Shown here: positions 1 to 8,624 of the stretch, in pieces
Layout of the letters: each line of letters starts with the position of its first letter
Numbering within the stretch: position 1 is the first letter of the stretch
IMG/VR virus record: IMGVR_UViG_3300027741_000051
Span: 1-64,000 of that record
Strand: one strand, 5' to 3'
DNA length: 64,000 bases
Origin: an uncultured virus (IMG/VR IMGVR_UViG_3300027741_000051)
Taxonomy: Duplodnaviria; Heunggongvirae; Uroviricota; Caudoviricetes
Made by a program: the position numbers and the translations under genes
Notes under the pieces: model-generated
Told to the model about the DNA's origin: nothing
Database searches by the model: none
What the model saw: the letters and a program-made list of their open reading frames with translations, nothing else

Positions 1-16
1 ATTTCGGAGTTGAAGA

Positions 17-118
17 ATGAAGAAATACCCATCGTACTGTTGCCAAAATTGCGGTGAAATGATTGGCTGGCTTGGCCGCATTATGCCATTTCACAAATGT
101 AAACAAGGTCGGAGTTGA
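17..118 (+). CDS. small Cys-rich hypothetical protein (33 aa)
   Basis: Hand translation MKKYPSYCCQNCGEMIGWLGRIMPFHKCKQGRS*; GGAG SD 7 nt upstream; below ORF-track cutoff. Confidence 0.55.
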   Translation: MKKYPSYCCQNCGEMIGWLGRIMPFHKCKQGRS

Positions 119-121
119 AGA

Positions 122-358
122 ATGAAAACAGTATGGGTTATTTGCGAGGAAGTGGACTTGGGCTATCATATGGTCAAAGGTTTTGCTTCTTACCACCGAG
201 CGGAATCAGAGTGCGTCCGTATGTGTGAAGAAGCGAAAGCCGAGCAGGTCAATTGGATGGTGAAAAGTGGGACTCAAACTAAAGAGCAAGCAGAGGATTG
301 GGTCAATCAGTATGAATCTGACAAATACTGGGTATACGAAGTGGAAGTTGAAGAATGA
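122..358 (+). CDS. hypothetical protein
   Basis: 78 aa ORF with GGAG SD. Confidence 0.75.
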   Translation: MKTVWVICEEVDLGYHMVKGFASYHRAESECVRMCEEAKAEQVNWMVKSGTQTKEQAEDWVNQYESDKYWVYEVEVEE

Positions 359-486
359 GTGAGAAACAATACGCTCATAGCTTCACTCGCAAAATTGTGG
401 GTTTCGTTTATTGTGCTCATTGTGGTCTGATACGGTTAAACAATGATGCAACATTTAAGTTAGTTAGAACAAGTTGTCCGAGGTAA
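355..486 (+). CDS. small hypothetical protein, possible Zn-binding (H...CxxC...C)
   Basis: Hand translation MSEKQYAHSFTRKIVGFVYCAHCGLIRLNNDATFKLVRTSCPR*; ATGA overlap with upstream stop. Confidence 0.55.
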   Translation: MSEKQYAHSFTRKIVGFVYCAHCGLIRLNNDATFKLVRTSCPR

Positions 487-488
487 TT

Positions 489-1034
489 ATGAATTATTTG
501 TATATGTTAGTTGGTGTTCCAGGTTCAGGTAAATCCACTTGGGCTAAACAACAAAAATGGTCTAATTCTCCTAATCCCTGTAGTTATATTTCTACAGACA
601 AACACATTGATAGGTGGGCTGAAGAACTAGGTCGAGATTATACTGATGTTTTCTCCACTTTCATGCCAGCGGCCGTAGAGTTGATGACTTGTGAAGTTAT
701 CTATGCTCGCGAAAACAACCAAGATATTATTTGGGATCAAACCTCCACTACTGTAAAAAGTCGGAGTAAAAAGTTTGCTATGTTGCCCGATTACTATGCT
801 ATCGCTGTGGTATTTCCTACACCTGACCGATTGGAACTAAATGAAAGACTTAAACTACGGGTTGGTAAAGTTATTCCTGTGGATGTAATTGATAATATGA
901 TCCAAGGATATGAACCTCCTACATTGAAGGAAGGTTTTAAGGAAATCTGGACATGGAAAGAAACCACTAGAGCACCTATGTTCAATCAGGGACACCGCCA
1001 TCCTATACTGAGTTTCGATATTGTCAAGGGCTGA
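489..1034 (+). CDS. P-loop kinase (AAA_33 / polynucleotide kinase-like)
   Basis: Walker A GVPGSGKST, ISTD and WDQT motifs; ATG at 489 preferred over TTG at 474. Confidence 0.8.
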   Translation: MNYLYMLVGVPGSGKSTWAKQQKWSNSPNPCSYISTDKHIDRWAEELGRDYTDVFSTFMPAAVELMTCEVIYARENNQDIIWDQTSTTVKSRSKKFAMLPDYYAIAVVFPTPDRLELNERLKLRVGKVIPVDVIDNMIQGYEPPTLKEGFKEIWTWKETTRAPMFNQGHRHPILSFDIVKG

Positions 1035-1048
1035 AACCAAAAAAGTGC

Positions 1049-1077
1049 TTGACAAATACCACAAAGTGGTGTATAAT
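1049..1077 (+). promoter_or_regulatory. sigma70-type promoter
   Basis: TTGACA-17 bp-TATAAT, perfect consensus, intergenic. Confidence 0.85.
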
Positions 1078-1099
1078 GTAATTTTTAACTGGAGATTGT

Positions 1100-1249
1100 A
1101 TGGCAAGGATGAAAGATGTTTATGCAGAGATTCAAGACATGGCTAATAATGGTTATGATACTGATGAAATTGCATTGATGTTGGAAGTTGATATTAAACA
1201 AGTGCAGGCTACATTGGGTCTGACAGTAGATGGAGAAAATGATGAATAA
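1100..1249 (+). CDS. small hypothetical protein, HTH-like (49 aa)
   Basis: Hand translation MARMKDVYAEIQDMANNGYDTDEIALMLEVDIKQVQATLGLTVDGENDE*; GGAG SD, directly after promoter. Confidence 0.6.
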   Translation: MARMKDVYAEIQDMANNGYDTDEIALMLEVDIKQVQATLGLTVDGENDE

Positions 1250-2408
1250 GAATCAAAAAGAGTTTATTGCAGCAGCTACACAAAAGTATGGTGTTGGTGC
1301 AATTATTTCCCGTGACCAAATTTCTGATGTTGTAGAAGAATCTGGTTGCACCTATCCCTTTTGGTTAGTTACTAAAGCTGAACACCGTGCAGGTCGTGGT
1401 CAGTATATTGTTCCCTTTATTCCAGGTCTTGTATCTATGAAAGCAAAAGAACCTGAGCTTGAAACTGTTGATATGGCAGTTGGTCAAGTCCTTTCATTTC
1501 GCCAACCTAAACTGGTTGATGAATCTGACACCTCTATTCCTGTAAAGTATCCTGATTATGTCCCTTTTGGTTTCTTTAAAGACCTTCGCAATATTGTTAA
1601 GTCTTCTATGTTTTATCCCGTGTTTGTTACTGGTCATTCTGGCAACGGCAAAACACTTATGGTTGAACAAGTATGCGCTGAGCTCCAGCGTGAGTGCATC
1701 CGTGTTAACATTTCTATTGAAACTGATGAATCAGACCTGTTGGGTGGTCCTACTCTTGTCAACGGCAATGTCGTCAACCGTGATGGTCCTGTCATTATTG
1801 CTATGAAACGTGGTGCAGTCCTTCTAATCGATGAAGTTGACCGTGGTTCAAACAAACTAATGTGCTTGCAAGGTATTCTTGAAGGCAAACCTTACTACAA
1901 CAAAAAATCTGGTGAGTTGGTACATCCTAAAACCGGTTTCAACATCATTGCTACTGCGAACACCAAAGGTCGTGGTTCAGATGAAGGTAAGTATCTGTCA
2001 CAAATTCTTGATGATGCATTCCTTGAACGCTTCCCTATTACAGTCGAACAGGATTATCCTGATGTTAAGACTGAGACAAAGATTCTGAAGCCTTTGATTG
2101 CTGAAGAAGATTTTGTTACCTGCTTGGTGTCATGGGCTGATACAGTTCGTAAGACATTCAAAGAAGGCGGTACTGATGAAATCATTTCTACTCGCCGTTT
2201 GGTTCACATTGCACGAGCATATACGATTTTCAATGACCGTATGAAGGCTATCACCTTGTGTGTTAATCGTTTCGATGAAGAAACTAAGACTGCATTCCTT
2301 GACCTGTATAGCAAAGTCGATGCAAAAGTCCATGCACCTGAACCTGAACCAGTATCGGCGCCTGCAAAACCAATTGCACCGGCATCTGATGAAGAAATTC
2401 CCTTTTAA
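1239..2408 (+). CDS. cobS: MoxR-family AAA+ ATPase (phage CobS-like)
   Basis: Walker A GHSGNGKT, Walker B LLIDEVD, ATANTKGRG and STRRL motifs typical of T4-like phage CobS. Confidence 0.85.
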   Translation: MMNKNQKEFIAAATQKYGVGAIISRDQISDVVEESGCTYPFWLVTKAEHRAGRGQYIVPFIPGLVSMKAKEPELETVDMAVGQVLSFRQPKLVDESDTSIPVKYPDYVPFGFFKDLRNIVKSSMFYPVFVTGHSGNGKTLMVEQVCAELQRECIRVNISIETDESDLLGGPTLVNGNVVNRDGPVIIAMKRGAVLLIDEVDRGSNKLMCLQGILEGKPYYNKKSGELVHPKTGFNIIATANTKGRGSDEGKYLSQILDDAFLERFPITVEQDYPDVKTETKILKPLIAEEDFVTCLVSWADTVRKTFKEGGTDEIISTRRLVHIARAYTIFNDRMKAITLCVNRFDEETKTAFLDLYSKVDAKVHAPEPEPVSAPAKPIAPASDEEIPF

Positions 2409-2423
2409 TTGAAAGAATATATT

Positions 2424-2777
2424 ATGGCTACAAAACTTAAAGTACGCACTGGCAAACAAAATCGCCACGAAAAAATTACCGTTGTTCTATTGTCAGGTCT
2501 GCCTGTATCACCAGATGATATTAAGGCGTGCTTCAAAGGCACAGACCAAGAAGCAGTCCTGTATCGGTTGCCGACTAATATATACAATATCCGTCGTGAT
2601 GGTGGCGTGATTAAAGTATTCAAGACAGGTCGCAATGTCACCGCATATCAATTAAAGAATTGTAATGAGTTTAATGCAGAAGGACGATATATTGGTCGAC
2701 CTACTACTGTGACACCTGTTGTCCGTGAGGAACCTATCGTAACGCATATTGTAACAGAAGAATTGGAGACTGTATGA
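2424..2777 (+). CDS. hypothetical protein
   Basis: ORF in operon context; ATG 2424. Confidence 0.7.
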   Translation: MATKLKVRTGKQNRHEKITVVLLSGLPVSPDDIKACFKGTDQEAVLYRLPTNIYNIRRDGGVIKVFKTGRNVTAYQLKNCNEFNAEGRYIGRPTTVTPVVREEPIVTHIVTEELETV

Positions 2778-3010
2778 ATGGTTGGAGAAAACGTCAGATT
2801 GCCGATAAAATTGAAGATGATATGACCAATTCAAAATCTTTCATGCAATGGTATGAAGAAAACAATGTAGAGATTACTTGGTGTGTAATAGGAATCTTGA
2901 TAATGGGTACATTAGATTCCCTTACAAAAGGCCATTATTGGTTCGCTGCATGGACGTTTTTTCTTTTAATTGGCAATTATCTACTACGAAAACATGGATT
3001 CCGCAAATGA
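2774..3010 (+). CDS. small membrane protein
   Basis: Two hydrophobic segments; ATGA overlaps. Confidence 0.65.
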   Translation: MNGWRKRQIADKIEDDMTNSKSFMQWYEENNVEITWCVIGILIMGTLDSLTKGHYWFAAWTFFLLIGNYLLRKHGFRK

Positions 3011-3237
3011 AAAAAAGAGACCGCAAAAACCTACATTACCTATTGAGTTTGGATGAAATGACACTACTTGCGTGGTGGTTGTTGGCCCCTATGCCGGACA
3101 AGGAATATGCAACCGAACTTTTGAAAATGTACAGCGAAGAGCTTGACAACCGTAAGATTTTGTGTTATGATGGTCCCGAGGACGGGAATTTTGCCCAGGC
3201 AAATGACCTAATCAATAGTATTAAGAGTAAATTGTAA
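3007..3237 (+). CDS. hypothetical protein
   Basis: Likely start MKKRDRK at 3007 (ATGA overlap). Confidence 0.65.
   Translation: MKKRDRKNLHYLLSLDEMTLLAWWLLAPMPDKEYATELLKMYSEELDNRKILCYDGPEDGNFAQANDLINSIKSKL
3143..3171 (+). promoter_or_regulatory. sigma70-type promoter (intragenic)
   Basis: TTGACA-17-TATGAT with TG extended -10. Confidence 0.65.
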
Positions 3238-3248
3238 ATAGAGGATAT

Positions 3249-3506
3249 ATGATGAATCGTAAATGGTTTGAAGAATTGCTAAATGACCAAGTTGTGACAG
3301 TGGCTTTCGTTAAAAAAGATGGTACTGACCGCAATATGCGTTGTACACTTATGCCTGAATGGTTGCCTGTCAAAGACCTGCCTGAATCAACTGAAACTAC
3401 ACAGCGTTCTAAATCTGAAACATCGGTTGCTGTGTTTGATTTGGACATTAAAGGCTGGCGTGCATTCAGTATTGAATCTGTTAAGTCGATTACATTCGGA
3501 GCATAA
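3249..3506 (+). CDS. Sm-like/SH3-fold protein conserved in T4-like phages (WYL_2-like)
   Basis: VTVAFVKKDGTDRNMRCTL ... VFDLDIKGWRAF signature. Confidence 0.75.
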   Translation: MMNRKWFEELLNDQVVTVAFVKKDGTDRNMRCTLMPEWLPVKDLPESTETTQRSKSETSVAVFDLDIKGWRAFSIESVKSITFGA

Positions 3507-3508
3507 TC

Positions 3509-3727
3509 ATGCCTTATATTAATGTTGATGTTGAATTGGATGATTTTGAAATTGATGATATAATTGAGTATATTGAGCGTAAAGGTTATACGGTAAGTGA
3601 TTCTGATGGCCATTTCAGTGAACCAGATGAAGAATTGCGTTTGATTTGGGAAGCAATGTATCTTGGTAAACCATATGATGCAATGGTGCGAAAGTTTGTT
3701 AGTGACCATACTGGTCGTTTTTTGTGA
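3509..3727 (+). CDS. hypothetical acidic protein
   Basis: 72 aa ORF with GGAG SD. Confidence 0.7.
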   Translation: MPYINVDVELDDFEIDDIIEYIERKGYTVSDSDGHFSEPDEELRLIWEAMYLGKPYDAMVRKFVSDHTGRFL

Positions 3728-3741
3728 AAAGTGAGTATATT

Positions 3742-4074
3742 ATGAAAGTTAAATTGTTTGCAGCTGTTGCTGCTGTTGTTCTTGTTACCGGTTGTTCTAC
3801 AGCACATAAAACAGCATGGGAAGTAAATGTGCCCGCAAAAGAAGCAGCTGCACCTACTGTCATTGTCAATATGCCTAAGCCTGTTGAAACAGATACCTAC
3901 AAGTTGCAGAACTATAAAGGTCCAGAAGCAATGGATTCTAACGAACTAGCGATGCATTCCCGTGAATGTGTTCTTTCTAAATTGCGTCCTCGCGTGACTT
4001 ATGTTTCTGTCCGCGCAGAAGCAGGTAAGATTTTGGTGCCTGTGTCTGTTAACTGCGAACCTTACATCCAATAA
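3742..4074 (+). CDS. lipoprotein
   Basis: MKVKLFAAVAAVVLVTG-C signal peptide with lipobox. Confidence 0.75.
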   Translation: MKVKLFAAVAAVVLVTGCSTAHKTAWEVNVPAKEAAAPTVIVNMPKPVETDTYKLQNYKGPEAMDSNELAMHSRECVLSKLRPRVTYVSVRAEAGKILVPVSVNCEPYIQ

Positions 4075-4076
4075 AA

Positions 4077-4574
4077 ATGTATTTTATTTACATGCCAGTT
4101 TTTTGGATGTGTTTCATTTCTTCTGGCGGAAATTGTCAGTTTATGCAATCTGAATATACATCTTATTATAGAACACCTTCATCCTGTGCAAGGATTCTTG
4201 AAAGAGATAAAAAATCTATATTAGATAAATTTAAGAAAGAGAAGAATCAACCAGATATATTTGGTTCCACTTGTATTTCAACTGTTATACAAAATCCTAA
4301 ATTTGCCGAAGAACAGAGTGAAATCAAATATGAAAGCAAAAATGTAGAAAATTCTTTCAATTTAGATGTAAGTGCTTATAAAACCAAAGTAATCAAGGCT
4401 CCCGATTTGGATGAACTCGAAAAAGAAGTTGAAATTGCAACTAAAAAACCTGTAGCCAAAACTAAAGAGATTGAATATATTTTGAATGAAGCTCCTAAAT
4501 CTTATATTCTTGATTGTATGCAATATATGAATCTTTCAAAAAGTGATTGTGAGAAAAACTGGTTTATCAAATAA
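4077..4574 (+). CDS. hypothetical protein
   Basis: 165 aa ORF; hydrophobic Cys-containing N-terminus. Confidence 0.6.
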   Translation: MYFIYMPVFWMCFISSGGNCQFMQSEYTSYYRTPSSCARILERDKKSILDKFKKEKNQPDIFGSTCISTVIQNPKFAEEQSEIKYESKNVENSFNLDVSAYKTKVIKAPDLDELEKEVEIATKKPVAKTKEIEYILNEAPKSYILDCMQYMNLSKSDCEKNWFIK

Positions 4575-4589
4575 CATAAAGGGAATAAT

Positions 4590-5267
4590 ATGAAAATTAA
4601 AATTGGTCCTTATATCGATTGGATTGGCCCATATCAAATTGCAGATATGCTTTGCTTTTGGGTCAAACCAGTAAAAGATGAACATGGCTTTAAAGATAAA
4701 CCAGATTGGGTACACGAATTTGGTAAACGCTTAAGTAAAAACAGCAAAGGTGAGGAATCACTTCTGTCTAAGTTTTGCCACTGGGTACATTCAAAAAGAA
4801 AACAAACTGTCAAGGTAAAGATTGATAGTTGGGATACTTGGAACATGGATGGAACATTGGCTTTGATTATTTTGCCAATGTTGAAACAACTAAGAGATAA
4901 AAAACACGGTGCACCATATGTTCGTGATGAAGATGTACCTGAAGGTTTGAATCTCCGTTCCACTGAAGCACCACCTAAAGAAAATGAGTGGGACACCGAT
5001 GAAAACCATTTCAAGCGCTGGGATTGGGTACTTGATGAAATCATTTGGGGTTTTGAACAGGAACATCCTGATTGTGATTGGGATGCTCAATACCATACCG
5101 GTGTACATGACAGTGAATGGATTAAATTAGACAATGGTATGTTTGAAATGAAGAAAACGGATAAAGATACCAGTCATTTTGATGCTGAAGGTTACAAGGC
5201 ACATTCGGATCGTATTGACAATGCTATGCTTCTATTTGGCCGTTACTACAGAGGTCTTTGGGATTGA
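4590..5267 (+). CDS. hypothetical phage protein (Trp/Asp-rich)
   Basis: 225 aa ORF; DTWNMDGTLALIILPMLKQL and LFGRYYRGLWD motifs seen in many phage proteins. Confidence 0.75.
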   Translation: MKIKIGPYIDWIGPYQIADMLCFWVKPVKDEHGFKDKPDWVHEFGKRLSKNSKGEESLLSKFCHWVHSKRKQTVKVKIDSWDTWNMDGTLALIILPMLKQLRDKKHGAPYVRDEDVPEGLNLRSTEAPPKENEWDTDENHFKRWDWVLDEIIWGFEQEHPDCDWDAQYHTGVHDSEWIKLDNGMFEMKKTDKDTSHFDAEGYKAHSDRIDNAMLLFGRYYRGLWD

Positions 5268-5410
5268 TGGACTATAACATGATTGGTCGTGAATTGGTTG
5301 AAATGTTTGGTGATAAACTGCCTAATCCTATACATGAACCAATTCGTTTTGCGTACTATATAAAATTATATAACTATCAAAAGGCGGTGAAAAATGAGCC
5401 ACAAGGATGA
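5267..5410 (+). CDS. small hypothetical protein (47 aa)
   Basis: Hand translation MDYNMIGRELVEMFGDKLPNPIHEPIRFAYYIKLYNYQKAVKNEPQG*; TGATG coupling. Confidence 0.6.
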   Translation: MDYNMIGRELVEMFGDKLPNPIHEPIRFAYYIKLYNYQKAVKNEPQG

Positions 5411-5681
5411 CAAATTCAAACACAGCAAACGCCTACTCAAAGATGAGAATGCTGTAAACAAACAGGCTAAAATTGCCAAAGCATTTGGTGTTCAGGTTAA
5501 AGAACCACATAAGTTTGCCAAGAAACATGCAATGAATTGTGGCAATCCAAATTGTGTAATGTGTGGTAATCCACGCAAAGTATTTAAAGAACCAACACAA
5601 CAAGAAAAACGCCTGTTTCAAGATGTTGATGCACACACAAACAAACATAGTAATGGTCTAGTTAATGAAATCGATATTTAA
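5394..5681 (+). CDS. basic hypothetical protein with CxxxxCxxC motif
   Basis: CGNPNCVMCGNPRK. Confidence 0.7.
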   Translation: MSHKDDKFKHSKRLLKDENAVNKQAKIAKAFGVQVKEPHKFAKKHAMNCGNPNCVMCGNPRKVFKEPTQQEKRLFQDVDAHTNKHSNGLVNEIDI

Positions 5682-5922
5682 TTATTTTGAGGCGAAGAAT
5701 AGGTTGCGTGAAGCCAAAAAAACTATCCTAATGATGGGTGGTGAAGATGAATGTCAACCTATGCTTCTAGGCCAAAGAGATTTCTTGGAATTAGAAGTTG
5801 ATTATTACCATGATGAAATGGTATCCTTAGGATATAAGACCTTGACAATCGTTTGTCTTTGTGTTATACTGTATCTTGCTAACCACTTTTTAGGATTATA
5901 TGAAAACCCCTTCCACTTTTAA
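5665..5922 (+). CDS. hypothetical protein with C-terminal TM helix
   Basis: 85 aa ORF. Confidence 0.65.
   Translation: MKSIFNYFEAKNRLREAKKTILMMGGEDECQPMLLGQRDFLELEVDYYHDEMVSLGYKTLTIVCLCVILYLANHFLGLYENPFHF
5842..5870 (+). promoter_or_regulatory. sigma70-type promoter (intragenic)
   Basis: TTGACA-17-TATACT with TG extended -10. Confidence 0.65.
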
Positions 5923-6079
5923 ACTATCTAAAAGAAACAAAACTATGATTGCGCTATTGCCATTTGTGAATAAAGAACAACGCAACGCATTTAAACAAAA
6001 TATGATTCAAGCTCAATACATTGCTTCAACATCCGAACGACAACAGATGGGTGTAAATGCTAAGGGCAAAGACGAATAA
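5900..6079 (+). CDS. small hypothetical protein (59 aa)
   Basis: Hand translation MKTPSTFKLSKRNKTMIALLPF...NAKGKDE*; AGGA SD; fills the gap between neighbours. Confidence 0.6.
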   Translation: MKTPSTFKLSKRNKTMIALLPFVNKEQRNAFKQNMIQAQYIASTSERQQMGVNAKGKDE

Positions 6080-6110
6080 ATACAACCCACAACTAACTTG
6101 AAAGAATATT

Positions 6111-6425
6111 ATGAGCACATTTATCGAAGTATTTTCTGTTGAAAAAAACACCAAAGTAATTATCAATCTAGATTCAATTCTAGAAATTGCACCGCTGCGT
6201 GAAGGTGGTTGTAATCTGTTTTTCCCTGATGCTGCGGCAGTTGGTGGTAAAAACTCTATGAAGGTTACAGATTCTTATACAATGTTCCAACAATTTGCAT
6301 TGCAGACAGTAACACCTGAAGACATTGCAACACGAATTCAAAGAATGCAACCGCAAGAAGAACGCCGTGGTCCAGGCCGCCCACCGAAAGTAACTATGGG
6401 TAATACTACTGCTGGTCTTGAATAA
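6111..6425 (+). CDS. hypothetical protein with AT-hook-like motif
   Basis: C-terminal RRGPGRPPK. Confidence 0.7.
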   Translation: MSTFIEVFSVEKNTKVIINLDSILEIAPLREGGCNLFFPDAAAVGGKNSMKVTDSYTMFQQFALQTVTPEDIATRIQRMQPQEERRGPGRPPKVTMGNTTAGLE

Positions 6426-6697
6426 TGGATAATAACCGCGAAGTATTGTTAATTGCACAAGAAGAATGTGCAGAGGTGATACAAGCGATTAGTAAGTGTT
6501 TTAGGTTTGGCCTCGATAACATCAAGCCAAACACAAATAAAACTAATCGTGAACACCTAGAAGAAGAAATTGGTGACCTGATGGCTATGGTTTACATTTG
6601 TTATGATTTGAAAATTATTAATCCTGTCAAGGTGCTTGAAGCACAAGAAAACAAAATTCACAAACTTAAAAAATGGTCTACAGTATTTGATGAGTAA
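6425..6697 (+). CDS. mazG: MazG-like nucleotide pyrophosphohydrolase
   Basis: EECAEVIQA ... LEEEIGDL all-alpha NTP-PPase motifs. Confidence 0.8.
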   Translation: MDNNREVLLIAQEECAEVIQAISKCFRFGLDNIKPNTNKTNREHLEEEIGDLMAMVYICYDLKIINPVKVLEAQENKIHKLKKWSTVFDE

Positions 6698-6965
6698 TAT
6701 TTTAAAATGGATTAGTAATGATTACGAAAGCAATAGAGTACGTTTTTATTTTGAGATCCTTGCTTGGGCTTTATCTGTTGGTTGTGCTATCACTATGGCC
6801 CTCACCGTGCCTAATCCTCCCCTTCTTATCATGTACCCAATCTGGATTACAGGTTGTCTTATATACGCTGGGTGCGCTTATACTCGGCGTTCCTTTGGTA
6901 TGCTTGCTAATTATTTCCTATTGGTCACCATCGACTCTATCGGACTATTAAGAATGATATTATGA
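6690..6965 (+). CDS. small membrane protein (about 3 TM)
   Basis: Start MSNILKW; three hydrophobic segments. Confidence 0.7.
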   Translation: MSNILKWISNDYESNRVRFYFEILAWALSVGCAITMALTVPNPPLLIMYPIWITGCLIYAGCAYTRRSFGMLANYFLLVTIDSIGLLRMIL

Positions 6966-7513
6966 ATATCTTTTACCTCGACAACGATCCAAAAATTTGT
7001 GCAGAAATGCACGTTGATAAACATGTTTGCAAAATGGTTATTGAATATGCTCAGTTGTTATCTACATCTCACCGTGTACTTGACGGCGAAGAATATCGTA
7101 GATTAACAGCAAACAATAGGTCAATCAAAGCATGGCGATTGCCTGATGAGCGTGAAACTCGTCTTATGAAACCTACTATGCAGAATCATCCATCCGCAAT
7201 CTGGTCTCGACAATCAGATAAAAACTATGTGTGGTTGTATACTTTGTGGTGCGAACTCCTTAAAGAATTCACATATCGTTATGGCAAAATCCATGCTTGT
7301 GCTAGATTGATACCCGACCTTAAAATGATACCAAATAATATACCAAAAGGTGATTTTACAGGTCCCACACCTGCAATGCCTGATGAAGTAAAAATTCCAG
7401 GTGATTCTATGGCATCATATCACAATTACTATATAAATAATAAGACGCACCTAGCCTCATGGCGTGGTAAGATTAATTCCCGTAATGTTCCGAATTGGTT
7501 TCAAACAATATAA
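6962..7513 (+). CDS. pyrimidine-dimer DNA glycosylase (DenV)-like family protein
   Basis: MNIFYLD...DKHVCKMVIEYAQLLS...NHPSAIW signature. Confidence 0.75.
   Translation: MNIFYLDNDPKICAEMHVDKHVCKMVIEYAQLLSTSHRVLDGEEYRRLTANNRSIKAWRLPDERETRLMKPTMQNHPSAIWSRQSDKNYVWLYTLWCELLKEFTYRYGKIHACARLIPDLKMIPNNIPKGDFTGPTPAMPDEVKIPGDSMASYHNYYINNKTHLASWRGKINSRNVPNWFQTI
7431..7490 (+). repeat. 60-bp direct repeat, copy 1
   Basis: 58/60 identical to 8099-8158. Confidence 0.95.
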
Positions 7514-8082
7514 TGTCAAATATACCTTATGAGTCTTTTATACATCAAACATATATTGACGATTTGAATTTGTGTGATGAAATAATAGAAGCATATAACA
7601 TTAGTCCAATTAAACACATTGGAGTTTTTGGACATAATATAATTAACAAAGAGGTTAAAGATACTACTGAGGTATCTCTTAATTCTTGCGGCGAAGTTTT
7701 TTTTAGATATACAGTAGAATTACAAAAATGTTTGAACAAGTATATTGAAAAATATCAAGTTTGTAATTGGTACAATCCCATCTCTCTCATAGAAACAATA
7801 AACATACAACATTACAAACCCGGAAGTTCATATGCTGTTTGGCACTCAGAAAGAACTATGCCAAATTCTGATAGACATTTGGCTTTTATGACATATTTGA
7901 ATGATGTTACCGATGAAGGTGGAACTGAATTTTATCATCAAAAATTAATTACTAAACCTAAAAAAGGATTGACATTAATATGGCCGGCCGATTGGACACA
8001 TACACACAGAGGAATCAAATCACCGACACAACATAAGTATATCACAACAGGTTGGCTTAGCTATGTAGAGAAATTAACATAA
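7513..8082 (+). CDS. 2OG-Fe(II) oxygenase (prolyl 4-hydroxylase-like)
   Basis: WHSE, MTYLND, GGTEF, WTHTHRG, KYITTGW motifs. Confidence 0.9.
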   Translation: MSNIPYESFIHQTYIDDLNLCDEIIEAYNISPIKHIGVFGHNIINKEVKDTTEVSLNSCGEVFFRYTVELQKCLNKYIEKYQVCNWYNPISLIETINIQHYKPGSSYAVWHSERTMPNSDRHLAFMTYLNDVTDEGGTEFYHQKLITKPKKGLTLIWPADWTHTHRGIKSPTQHKYITTGWLSYVEKLT

Positions 8083-8098
8083 GACTAACAGGACTTGA

Positions 8099-8158
8099 AT
8101 ATAAATAATAAGACGCACCTAGCCTCATGGCGTGGTAAGATTAACTCTCGTAATGTTC
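8099..8158 (+). repeat. 60-bp direct repeat, copy 2 (orphan 3' end of the DenV-like gene)
   Basis: Reads INNKTHLASWRGKINSRNV then LGWYNAQL*; contains TATAAATA. Confidence 0.95.
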
Positions 8159-8170
8159 TAGGATGGTATA

Positions 8171-8449
8171 ATGCCCAGCTATGATTTCTTAAATAAAGAT
8201 ACAAACGAAGTAGAAGAACACCGTATGAGAATTGCGGAATTAGATTCGTTTACTCAAAACAATCCACACCTTGAACGCTATCACACAGCACACAATCTTC
8301 CAATTATGTCAGATGGTGCTCGTATGTCTGTTCCCGGTATCGGTCAAGCTCATATGGCCTTTGAGCGTGGTGTCATTCAACGCATGAAAGAATCCATTCC
8401 AGGAAACACAATGTCAGGTCATAAAACAAAGTTGCCTAGAGAATGGTAA
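8171..8449 (+). CDS. FmdB-like small protein typical upstream of phoH in T4-like phages
   Basis: MPSYDF...NPHL motif; synteny with phoH. Confidence 0.7.
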   Translation: MPSYDFLNKDTNEVEEHRMRIAELDSFTQNNPHLERYHTAHNLPIMSDGARMSVPGIGQAHMAFERGVIQRMKESIPGNTMSGHKTKLPREW

Positions 8450-8598
8450 TTAATCGTCCTTATCGCATTCCTGCACTTCTTGGTACTGGCTATTACAAAC
8501 AGCCACAAAAACATCAAGCACCAGCCAAGAAAGTCTCACAAACCAAAGTAGCTGCTTTACTAAAGAAGGAATTTGCAAAAACAAAAACCTCCAAATAA
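8443..8598 (+). CDS. small basic hypothetical protein (51 aa)
   Basis: Hand translation MVINRPYRIPALLGTGYYKQPQKHQAPAKKVSQTKVAALLKKEFAKTKTSK*. Confidence 0.5.
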   Translation: MVINRPYRIPALLGTGYYKQPQKHQAPAKKVSQTKVAALLKKEFAKTKTSK

Positions 8599-8624
8599 TC
8601 CCGCAACAACAACAAGGATGTTTC

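Larger units (their letters stand above)
4..358 (+). repeat. gene-junction repeat TCGGAGTTGAAGAATGAA (3 copies)
   Basis: Identical 18-mers at 4-21 and 109-126; 14/15 match at 344-358; each ends in the ATG of the next ORF. Confidence 0.8.

Noticed and set aside
1239..2408. Cobalamin biosynthesis auxiliary gene
   Set aside because: Phage CobS-like proteins are MoxR AAA+ chaperones; no other cob genes here.
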